Positions 1 to 7,860 of a DNA stretch of 51,670 nucleotides are shown here, in pieces (positions within the stretch are counted from its first letter, which is position 1; every line of letters starts with the position of its first letter). Position numbers and translations under genes: made by a program. The stretch is from the NCBI GenBank assembly GCA_042090495.1, contig JBELJF010000003.1, positions 1 to 51,670 of the forward strand. The letters are read 5' to 3'. The notes below the pieces were generated by a model. It saw only the letters and a list, made by a program, of their open reading frames with translations, had not been told where the DNA came from and made no database searches. The stretch comes from SAR116 cluster bacterium. GTDB lineage: Bacteria > Pseudomonadota > Alphaproteobacteria > Puniceispirillales > Marisalimonadaceae.

Positions 1-5
1 AACCA

Positions 6-134
6 TTAGTTAACGAGAGATCTTTGAGCAGAAATTAATTCTTCATTTTTGATTTCATTGAAACAGTCAATGGATTTTGTTAAATTGTTATTACTTAAAT
101 CAGGTGAAATATTAAGTTCTTTAATTTTGCTCAT
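6..134 (-). pseudogene. Short or truncated ORF (42 aa), possibly the N-terminus of an FdhD-like formate dehydrogenase accessory sulfurtransferase
   Basis: ATG at 134 with AAGGA 7 nt upstream, 14 bp after the modE stop. Translates to MSKIKELNISPDLSNNNLTKSIDCFNEIKNEELISAQRSLVN*. The ISPDLSNNNLTK segment resembles the recalled alphaproteobacterial FdhD N-terminus (I.PD....LT..V). It stops at position 6, at the window edge. Confidence 0.3.
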
Positions 135-148
135 CTCATAATCCTTCA

Positions 149-517
149 TTAAGATGATTTTTTTGTTTTAACCCAATGAATAAAATCCTGAGTTTCTAAA
201 GATAGTTTTTCATTTAATTTTAGATATTTTTCTAAAAGTTCTTTGCCAAAGGGTGTAAGAATTGTACCTGAATTTCCACCTTTTTTTTCTAAAATAGGAT
301 TTGGAAATATATCTTCTAAAGTCTTCAGAAGGAAGTAAGCTTTTTTTTCGCTCATTCCCATGGATTTAGCAGCGGCTCTTATCGATCCCTTTTGAAAAAC
401 TAGGTGAAAAAGGTCCATTTTACCTACTCCGATTATATGGCCTTCAATATATACTTTTATCTTTATTCCATCTTGGTTTTTGTTAACAGAATTTGTTTGT
501 GATTTAGATTTTTTCAT
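149..517 (-). CDS. ModE-like winged-helix transcriptional regulator (N-terminal domain only, no molybdate-binding TOBE domains)
   Basis: IG.GK..L....GSIRAAAKSMGMS.KKAY.LL..L....P.LEKKGG..GT.LTP.G.ELL pattern of the ModE N-terminal HTH domain; 122 aa. Confidence 0.85.
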   Translation of the reverse strand: MKKSKSQTNSVNKNQDGIKIKVYIEGHIIGVGKMDLFHLVFQKGSIRAAAKSMGMSEKKAYFLLKTLEDIFPNPILEKKGGNSGTILTPFGKELLEKYLKLNEKLSLETQDFIHWVKTKKSS

Positions 518-677
518 TTTGTTGACTATATGATTAGATCATCCATTAAACCAAATATTTTATATTTATAGAAATAAGTTTTTTAATTTAATAACTAACT
601 ATCTACTTTTTTATAAGTTAGGATAATTTTAAATTTTTTAATGTTAATATTTAGACTTTTTATTATTGGGGTATAAT

Positions 678-788
678 TTGAATGTTTTTAAAGAAATAGG
701 ACTTGGTTTACTAGGCGTTGCGATTATTATAACCTTATTTTTTCTTTTTTTAGGATTTAGGACATCAATTTATACGTATTTTATCTAA
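678..788 (+). CDS. Small single-pass membrane protein (36 aa), absent from the ORF track
   Basis: TTG at 678 preceded by GGGGT. Translates to MNVFKEIGLGLLGVAIIITLFFLFLGFRTSIYTYFI*, with one ~21-aa hydrophobic helix. The stop overlaps the convergent idnD stop by 4 nt. Confidence 0.5.
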   Translation: MNVFKEIGLGLLGVAIIITLFFLFLGFRTSIYTYFI

Positions 789-1825
789 TAATAACTAAAT
801 GCTAGTTGTACTTTCATGCTGTTTTCGTGTTTATTCAATGCAATTTTAAACCCTTCTTCTGCCTTTAGAAATGGAATGTTATGGGTTATGAGAGGTTTAA
901 CATTGATCAGTTTTTTCCTCATCATTTCAACAGCTAACTCAAATTCAGAATGAAATCTAAACGAACCTTTCAATTTTAGTTCTTTTGTAGTTACAGAAAC
1001 TAATGGCATAAGTATATCACCACCTAAACCAAGTTGAACAAGTTCACCTCTAGGTTTTAGGTAAGTGATTGCATCGTTTATTCCTGAGGCTGATCCAGAA
1101 CATTCAATTGCAACGTCGAAATAACCTTTTCCAGTTTGAAGCTCTTCAATTTGGTTTTTGTTTTTAGCAGTATTGATAACTTTATCAGCGCCAACAGATT
1201 TTGAATACTCTAGGGATGAATCAGAAATATCAGTTACAATAATCTCTTTTGCGCCTGCTCTTCTAGCAGACAAAACACAAAGTGTTCCAATTGGGCCAGA
1301 TCCAATAATCAATATTTTTTTACCAAAAATATTATCAACTTGTTTGATAGCGTGCAAGCAAACAGCAAGGGGTTCGGCCATGGCTGCTTCTTCAGGAGAA
1401 AGACCATTTGCTGTGATGCATTGTGAGGACTCTGCAATTAGTTTTTCTCTAAATGCTCCTTGAATATGTGGAAATGGCATTGCAGAACCATAAAATTTCA
1501 TGTTAGCGCAGTGAATTGGAAGTCCATCTAGGCAAAAATCACATTTTTTACATGGTCTTGATGGCGACACTGAAACTAACTCTCCGACAGACAAATTTTT
1601 AACAGCTGATCCTATCTTGCTAATAAAACCTGATACCTCATGACCCAAAACCATCGGCTCCTTTAATTTTATTTGACCAAAGCCTCCATGCTTATAATAG
1701 TGTAGATCAGTTCCACAAATACCCCCAACAGCTATGGAAACTTCAACTTGATTAGGTAATAAATTTTCTAAAGGATAGTCTTCTATTCTTAAATCTTCAG
1801 GACCATGAATTTTTAATGATTTCAT
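785..1825 (-). CDS. idnD: L-idonate 5-dehydrogenase (Zn-dependent MDR family)
   Basis: GGICGTDLHYY.HGGFG, LGHEVSG, structural-Zn Cys cluster, FYGSAMPFPHIQGAFRE, KELKLKGSFRF; next to gluconate 5-dehydrogenase; SD AGGAG. Confidence 0.88.
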   Translation of the reverse strand: MKSLKIHGPEDLRIEDYPLENLLPNQVEVSIAVGGICGTDLHYYKHGGFGQIKLKEPMVLGHEVSGFISKIGSAVKNLSVGELVSVSPSRPCKKCDFCLDGLPIHCANMKFYGSAMPFPHIQGAFREKLIAESSQCITANGLSPEEAAMAEPLAVCLHAIKQVDNIFGKKILIIGSGPIGTLCVLSARRAGAKEIIVTDISDSSLEYSKSVGADKVINTAKNKNQIEELQTGKGYFDVAIECSGSASGINDAITYLKPRGELVQLGLGGDILMPLVSVTTKELKLKGSFRFHSEFELAVEMMRKKLINVKPLITHNIPFLKAEEGFKIALNKHENSMKVQLAFSYY

Positions 1826-1930
1826 TTTCTCTCCTAATAAATACTATTGTAAAATTAAATTTAAGGCAGAAAATTAGCAATAATTTTATTATTTATATAT
1901 ATATTGAATTCTATAAGTTTGGAGAGAAAA

Positions 1931-2701
1931 ATGTTTTCTGGAATTGAATTATTTAATCTTAAGGGTAAAAGAGCCCTTATCACTGGCTCATCCCAAGGGA
2001 TCGGGTTTGCATTAGCAAAAGGTTTAAGTTCAGCCGGTGCGGATATTGTTTTAAATGGAAGGGACAAGGCTAAATTAGAAAATTCAGCCAAAGACCTAAA
2101 TTCAGAAAATGGTTTATTCCAACTTTCCTTTGACGTTACAAATCAAAAAGAAGTTAAACAAAAAATTGATGAGTTTGAGAAAAATTTTGGACCAATTGAA
2201 ATTTTAATTAATAATGCGGGAATGCAGTATCGCACTCCTCTTGAGGAATTTCCTTCAGAAATGTTTGAGAAATTACTACACACTAATATTTCTTCTGTAT
2301 TTAACGTTAGTCAAGTAGTTGCTAAACATATGATAAAAAGAGGTCATGGCAAAATTATTAATATTGCAAGTGTCCAAACCTTGTTAGCTAGGCCAGGAAT
2401 TGCTCCATACACAGCTACCAAAGGAGCTGTTGGAAATCTTACAAAAGGTATGGCTACAGATTGGGCTAAATATGGAATTCAATGCAATGCTATTGCACCA
2501 GGATATTTTGATACTCCTTTGAATGCCGCTCTGGTCTCAGACAAAGATTTTACCTCTTGGTTAGAAAAGAGAACTCCAGCAGGAAGGTGGGGAAAGGTAG
2601 AAGAACTAGTTGGGGCTAGCATTTTCTTAAGTTCTAGCGCTTCTGATTTTGTTAACGGGCATACACTTTATGTAGACGGTGGTATTACAGCGTCATTATA
2701 A
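1931..2701 (+). CDS. idnO: Gluconate 5-dehydrogenase (SDR family)
   Basis: TGSSQGIG, NNAGMQYR, ARPGIAPYTATKGAVGNLTKGMATDWA, RTPAGRWG. Start moved to ATG 1931, after the GGAGAG SD. Confidence 0.88.
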   Translation: MFSGIELFNLKGKRALITGSSQGIGFALAKGLSSAGADIVLNGRDKAKLENSAKDLNSENGLFQLSFDVTNQKEVKQKIDEFEKNFGPIEILINNAGMQYRTPLEEFPSEMFEKLLHTNISSVFNVSQVVAKHMIKRGHGKIINIASVQTLLARPGIAPYTATKGAVGNLTKGMATDWAKYGIQCNAIAPGYFDTPLNAALVSDKDFTSWLEKRTPAGRWGKVEELVGASIFLSSSASDFVNGHTLYVDGGITASL

Positions 2702-2841
2702 TTATAAGTTAAATAACTTGCATTGATCTGGTTTGAATTATCATTAAAAATAATATCATAAATTAACTTATTATATTGATCTTTATCTGAATCTGATCAT
2801 GATTCATTAATTTTTATCAGACGATTGTTTGAAATTTCGTA

Positions 2842-2927
2842 TAGAAAATTATTCTTTTTTACCAATCAAATTTTTTGACATTTAAAATTTATTTTTATAT
2901 ATAAGAGAAAAATAGAATTTTTTTCTC
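2842..2927 (+). promoter_or_regulatory. Sigma70-like promoter and two Lrp-box-like sites upstream of the lrp-family gene
   Basis: TTGACA at 2875-2880, 17-bp spacer, TATATA at 2898-2903. TAGAAAATTATTCTT (2842-2856) and TAGAATTTTTTTCTC (2913-2927) match the E. coli Lrp consensus YAGHAWATTWTDCTR at 14/15 and 13/15. Confidence 0.45.
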
Positions 2928-2939
2928 TTGGAGGATTCC

Positions 2940-3410
2940 GTGTTAGATGATGTTGATTTAAAAATTTTGACTCTTATTCAAAAAAACTCTGGTTTGCCAT
3001 TGTCTCAAATTTCAAAAAGGGTAGGGGTGTCTCCAACTCCTTGCTGGAATAGAATAAAAAAAATGGAAGAGAATGGTGTAATTTCTGCTAAAACGATTGT
3101 TCTTAATCGTAAAGCTATTAATTTATCTATAGTAGTTTTCTTATCAATAAGAGTAAGTCATCATTCAAAAAATTGGATTGATGATTTCCAAAAGTTAATC
3201 ACTAAGCACGATGAAATTATCGAAGTGCACAGATTAACAGGTTCAGATACAGATTACTTACTAAAAATTGTAGCTCCCACTATTGAGGAATATGATAAAT
3301 TTCAGCAAAAGTTAATAGGTGAGGTTGAGTTTACAAAAATGTCTTCAAGCATATCTCTGCAAGAAATGAAAAACTCACATGTGTTACCGCTACAGCAATG
3401 TGTCAGTTAA
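2940..3410 (+). CDS. Lrp/AsnC family transcriptional regulator (DecR-like)
   Basis: LDDVDLKIL...VGVSPTPCWNRIKKMEENGVI HTH plus AsnC C-domain (EVHRLTG.DYLLKIV). Likely start is GTG 2940 after GGAGGA (the track gives TTG 2928). Confidence 0.9.
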   Translation: MLDDVDLKILTLIQKNSGLPLSQISKRVGVSPTPCWNRIKKMEENGVISAKTIVLNRKAINLSIVVFLSIRVSHHSKNWIDDFQKLITKHDEIIEVHRLTGSDTDYLLKIVAPTIEEYDKFQQKLIGEVEFTKMSSSISLQEMKNSHVLPLQQCVS

Positions 3411-3635
3411 TGGATTTCTTTAAAATTAATAGAAGACATAATCTTAGAAGAGAATAAAAAGGGGACATGTGTAATCTTAACAACTCACGATATGGCTCAA
3501 GCAAAAAGGTTAGCAACAAATATAATTTTTATGAATAAAGGTGAAATATTAGAACAATCAGACTCAAATTCATTTTTTAAAAAACCAAAAACCGATGAGG
3601 CTTTAAGATATATTAAAAGAGAAATTCTTTTATAA
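3411..3635 (+). pseudogene. 3' fragment of an ABC transporter ATP-binding gene (TupC/tungstate-type-like), lacking Walker A, signature and Walker B
   Basis: Open frame WISLKLIEDIILEENKKGTCVILTTHDMAQAKRLATNIIFMNKGEILEQSDSNSFFKKPKTDEALRYIKREILL*. It contains the H-loop (TTHD..QA.RLA..IIFM.KG.I.E) and the FF..P.T.EA C-terminal helix, and begins directly after the lrp TAA. Confidence 0.8.
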
Positions 3636-3640
3636 AATTT

Positions 3641-4810
3641 TTATTCAGAAAGAATTGTTTCTGCTAAATTTGCCCAATAATTTGCCCCAATTGGTAAAAG
3701 TTCATCGTTAAAATCATAAAACGGGCTATGAAGTTTTTCAGAATTTTCTCCAGCACCTAACCAAATATATGCTCCAGGTTTTTCTTCAAGCATATAAGAG
3801 AAGTCCTCAGACGTCATTGTTGGTTTTTCAACTCTGTTTATTGAGTTTTTACCATAGGTTTTTTCAAAAATTGATGAGGCTAGTTGAGCGCTTTTTTTAT
3901 CATTAATAGTAGATGGATAGCCAGGCCTAATTTCTAAATCAACAGTGCAGTTATTAATTGCGCAGGCATTTTCTGCAATATTTTTTATCTTTGCTAGCAT
4001 TTCGTCTCTCAACATTTTATCAGTGGACCTAAGCGTGCCACCAATAGTCACGCCGTCAGGTATCACATTAAAAGCAGAGCCACCTTCAATTTTAGTTAAT
4101 GATAGAGCTATGTTATTAAATGGATCTAATTGTCTTGACACTAAACTCTGTAGAGCAGTAATCGTAAAGCCAGCTGCAACAATTGGATCATTCGAATGTT
4201 GTGGTTGAGCTGCGTGTCCACCTTTCCCATGAATGTTTAAATTAATAATATCACCACCAGCCATAGCAAAACCTTCATGAATCACTGCTTGTCCAACCGA
4301 AACACCTGGCCAATTATGTATTCCCCAGATAGATTCAATGTTAAATCTTTTAAAAAGACCATCTTTAATCATTGCTTTTGCGCCTGCGTTTCCTCCTTCT
4401 TCTGCTGGTTGAAAGATGCAGTGTACTGTTCCATTAAAGTTCCTTGTTTGCGCAAGATATTTTGCTGCTCCTAATAACATGGTGGCATGACCATCGTGAC
4501 CACAGGCATGCATAGCCCCTTCATTTTTAGAAGCATAAGGTAAATTTGTTTTTTCACTCATCGGAAGAGCATCTATATCTGCTCTAATTCCAATTGCTTT
4601 ATTAGAGTCACTATTTTTGCCATGAATAATGCCAACAAGGCCTGTTTTCCCAATATTTTGATGAACCTCAATACCAAACTCTTTTAATTTATCAGCGATA
4701 AAATTTGATGTATTTATTTCTTTATATGCAGTTTCAGGGTTTTCGTGAATATGTTGTCGCCAGTGAAGCATATCCTGTATTGAATTTTTGATTTCAGTTT
4801 TAATATTCAT
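3641..4810 (-). CDS. M20 family amidohydrolase (hippurate hydrolase/aminoacylase-like)
   Basis: WRQHIHENPE, IRADIDALP, MHACGHDGH, FQPAEEG, GKGGHAA.P, SEDFSY, LHSP.YDFND. Confidence 0.9.
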   Translation of the reverse strand: MNIKTEIKNSIQDMLHWRQHIHENPETAYKEINTSNFIADKLKEFGIEVHQNIGKTGLVGIIHGKNSDSNKAIGIRADIDALPMSEKTNLPYASKNEGAMHACGHDGHATMLLGAAKYLAQTRNFNGTVHCIFQPAEEGGNAGAKAMIKDGLFKRFNIESIWGIHNWPGVSVGQAVIHEGFAMAGGDIINLNIHGKGGHAAQPQHSNDPIVAAGFTITALQSLVSRQLDPFNNIALSLTKIEGGSAFNVIPDGVTIGGTLRSTDKMLRDEMLAKIKNIAENACAINNCTVDLEIRPGYPSTINDKKSAQLASSIFEKTYGKNSINRVEKPTMTSEDFSYMLEEKPGAYIWLGAGENSEKLHSPFYDFNDELLPIGANYWANLAETILSE

Positions 4811-4937
4811 TTCATGTAAATTTCTATGTTTAATTATTAACGGTAAATAGTTTATTCAAAATCTAATCAATTTAAAATATTGAATTATTATAATAGTAAT
4901 TAGGTTATACTAAAAAAAGTTGATAAGGAATTATAAT

Positions 4938-5762
4938 GTGAATTATACAAAACTACTTCAAGATATTCCAAAGTTAGATTTTTATTTTGATGAAATTCTA
5001 AATGTCAATTTATCTTATCGTTTTAGGTATGAAAATGATAAGCCTGTACTATTATTATTACATGGGTTTAATGGCAATAGTAAGAGCTGGGCGTGTCAAT
5101 TCAAATATTTTGAAAATAAGAGGTCAGTTTTAGCTATAGATTTTCCAGGATTTGGTGGATCAGAATTTGTTGAACTAGATATGATTTCTGTTGCCGAATT
5201 GCTAACAAGGTTTTTAGAAAATATCAAAGTTACTCGTTGTGATGTTTTAGGACACTCAATGGGAGGAATGCTAGCCCAAATTTTTTGTTCTAATAATTAT
5301 GGGTTAACTAATAAGGTAATTTTGTCTTGTACTCACAAAGGTTTTTGTTTGCCAAAAGGAACACCCCTAGTAGAAAACTACCAAAAGAGAATAAAAGAAA
5401 GACTTATAATGTCTGATATTGATTTTGGAGAGTTAAGAATAAGCGAAATGTTACCTGGTTTAGAAAATAAAGAAATTTTTAATTTTTTATCTTTAATAAG
5501 TGGAGAAATTACCGAAGAGTCTATTAAATGTGGTGGGATGGCGATGCAAACCTTAGATACAACAAACTATCTATCAAAGTTAAATCAAGATTGCCTAATT
5601 ATCAAAGCTTCAAAGGATATTGTTGTTCCAAAACAACGTTCACAAGAGTTAGAAAAATTATTACAACATGCAAAAATTATAGAATTTCAAAATGTTGGAC
5701 ATGCACCATATTGTGAAAATGCAAAATTGTTCAATAGTGAAATTGAAAACTTTCTTCAGTAA
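4938..5762 (+). CDS. Alpha/beta fold hydrolase
   Basis: LLLHGFNG, DFPGFGGS, GHSMGG nucleophile elbow, D in KDIVVP, GHAPY.E. Likely GTG start at 4938 after AAGGA. Confidence 0.85.
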   Translation: MNYTKLLQDIPKLDFYFDEILNVNLSYRFRYENDKPVLLLLHGFNGNSKSWACQFKYFENKRSVLAIDFPGFGGSEFVELDMISVAELLTRFLENIKVTRCDVLGHSMGGMLAQIFCSNNYGLTNKVILSCTHKGFCLPKGTPLVENYQKRIKERLIMSDIDFGELRISEMLPGLENKEIFNFLSLISGEITEESIKCGGMAMQTLDTTNYLSKLNQDCLIIKASKDIVVPKQRSQELEKLLQHAKIIEFQNVGHAPYCENAKLFNSEIENFLQ

Positions 5763-6961
5763 TGAATGCATTATCCAATAAATCTTTTTTATTATATTTT
5801 ATTAGTAATACTTTTGCATTACTAGGATTGTGGATACAGAAAATTGGAGTTGGTTGGTTAACCTGGGAAATCACTGGATCAACGTTTTGGACCAGCTTTG
5901 TTGCTTTAGCCTTGATGGCACCAGCTGGAATAATAGGCCCACTCTTCGCAGTTTATGCTGAGAACTGGAATATGAGGACAGCAAGCATCATTCTCAAAAT
6001 ACTGATGTTATTAGTGGGTGCTATGGTATGGTTTTTAGAATTTCTTGATCTTCATTCATTGTTTACATTAGCTTTGTTATCAATTATTCAAGGCCTACTT
6101 AGCGCCTGTTATCACCCAGTAAGGTTAGTTTTTGTTTCTGTAGTTGTTCCAAGAGATTTGATATCAAGTGCAGTAGGATTAAACTCAGCTTCATTTAATG
6201 GATCAAGAGTAATTGGGCCAGCGTTTGCAGGAATCTTTATAGCGCTATTTAGTTTAGAGAGTACTTTCCTAATAGCTGTTTTGGCATATATACCTCTAAT
6301 TCCTGTTTTGATGTACATACCGTTAAGAAAAAGAAATAAGTCTTTAGATAATAAAGATAAGTTTTTAAAGCGTTTTATAGAGGGAGGAAAAGTCGCTTTA
6401 AATACGCCAGTAATTGCGAAGGGATTATTTGTAGTTTTTGTTAGTGCTTTTTTTGTAAGAGGAATGCTGGAAATACAACCTACAATTGCTGGAGAAATAT
6501 TAAATCAAGGAAGTTTAGGTTTATCGCTTATCACGGCCACTGCTGGATTGGGAGCTTTGTCAGCTTCTATTTGGATAGGTTTAGGAAAGAACAAAAATGT
6601 AAAAATACAAACTAGATTGGTATTCATGTTGATTTTAGGATTAATAATGAGTTCAATTATTGGCTGTATTTCAGATATGTATTTAATGGCTCTGGCTTTT
6701 ATAATTGTTGGATTTACTTCAACTGTTGTAGGTATTGGAACTCAAACTATTATCCAAATGGAAGTTGAAGATATTTTCAGGGCAAGGGTTTTAACTTGGT
6801 GGTCGAGTATATCTTTTGGATCTCTAACTGTTGGCGGAATATTATTGGGTCTTGCAGGTGAATATATTCCCTTAAATATTGGCTTGATTATTATGCCGAT
6901 TTTAGGATTTATTTTTTTCAAATTAGTCGTAAAATTACATTTTAAAAATAAATTTATCTGA
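5762..6961 (+). CDS. MFS transporter
   Basis: About 12 hydrophobic helices; SAVGLNSASFNGSRVIGPA and V....RARV motifs; start overlaps the hydrolase stop. Confidence 0.88.
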   Translation: MNALSNKSFLLYFISNTFALLGLWIQKIGVGWLTWEITGSTFWTSFVALALMAPAGIIGPLFAVYAENWNMRTASIILKILMLLVGAMVWFLEFLDLHSLFTLALLSIIQGLLSACYHPVRLVFVSVVVPRDLISSAVGLNSASFNGSRVIGPAFAGIFIALFSLESTFLIAVLAYIPLIPVLMYIPLRKRNKSLDNKDKFLKRFIEGGKVALNTPVIAKGLFVVFVSAFFVRGMLEIQPTIAGEILNQGSLGLSLITATAGLGALSASIWIGLGKNKNVKIQTRLVFMLILGLIMSSIIGCISDMYLMALAFIIVGFTSTVVGIGTQTIIQMEVEDIFRARVLTWWSSISFGSLTVGGILLGLAGEYIPLNIGLIIMPILGFIFFKLVVKLHFKNKFI

Positions 6962-7835
6962 CTTTTTTATATTTAGCTTCTCTTCTAAAAATATAAATTC
7001 CTGAAATAGTAATGATAATTCCACCTAAAATTGTTGTAAATACTGGGTGTGAATTCCATATCAAATAATCAAAAATTATTGCCCAAATAATTCCAGTATA
7101 ATTAAAAGGACTGACTATAGATGCAGATGCCTTTTGGAGAGCATAGGTCATTAATAGTTGTGTTAGAAAAGCTGCAAGTCCTATCCCTATAAATAAAAAA
7201 ATTACCTCTAAAGTTGGCACTTTCCACAAAAATGGTTGGAAAAAGGATGTGACTATAAAACTTACCAACATAAAATAAAATACTGTTTTGACGGGATGTT
7301 CAGTTGAGCCAAGTAATCTTAAAAAGATTATGGTCGTTGACCACATTATTGTTCCACCAAGAGCATAAATGGACGCAACAGCAATTTGACCAGATGGGTT
7401 TATAGCGATAATTACGCCTAAAAAGCCAATTATTATGGCTATCCATCTGCGCCAACCTATATTTTCTTTTAAAAAAATTATTGCTAAAATACATGAAAAA
7501 ATAGGCACAGCTTGGGAAATAACTGTTACGTCTGCTACTGGAAGCCTCTGGAAAGCAAGAAAGAACATTATATTCCCAGTTAATCCAGCAAGACCTCTAA
7601 AAAAATGTAGAGTAGGTTTATTTGTTTTAAGAAAATTGAGACCGCCTAGTCTGTATATTAAAGGAAATAAAAATATTAAAACAACTATAGCTCTAACAAA
7701 AGTGATTTGGACCGCATGATATTCTATGCCTACTAATTTTGCTTGAACGCTCATTATCGTAACACATAAAACAGCTAGTAACATTGCTGTAATAGCCTTG
7801 AAGTTATTAGATTGTTTTATGAAAGATTTTATCAA
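6954..7835 (-). CDS. DMT (EamA) family transporter
   Basis: Ten-TM pattern with LKENIGWRRWIAIIIGFLGVIIAINP and ASIVSPFNYTGIIWA. Confidence 0.9.
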   Translation of the reverse strand: MIKSFIKQSNNFKAITAMLLAVLCVTIMSVQAKLVGIEYHAVQITFVRAIVVLIFLFPLIYRLGGLNFLKTNKPTLHFFRGLAGLTGNIMFFLAFQRLPVADVTVISQAVPIFSCILAIIFLKENIGWRRWIAIIIGFLGVIIAINPSGQIAVASIYALGGTIMWSTTIIFLRLLGSTEHPVKTVFYFMLVSFIVTSFFQPFLWKVPTLEVIFLFIGIGLAAFLTQLLMTYALQKASASIVSPFNYTGIIWAIIFDYLIWNSHPVFTTILGGIIITISGIYIFRREAKYKKVR

Positions 7836-7860
7836 TCAAATTTCCAAATAAAAAAATAGC

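Noticed and set aside
2702-2810. Possible gene remnant on the minus strand between idnO and lrp
   Set aside because: Only short open frames, with no SD and no recognisable motif.
2940-3635. Programmed stop-codon readthrough giving an Lrp-ABC fusion
   Set aside because: The stop is TAA, the Lrp ends normally (HVLPL) and an ATPase tail without Walker motifs could not function. In-frame adjacency has a 1-in-3 chance.
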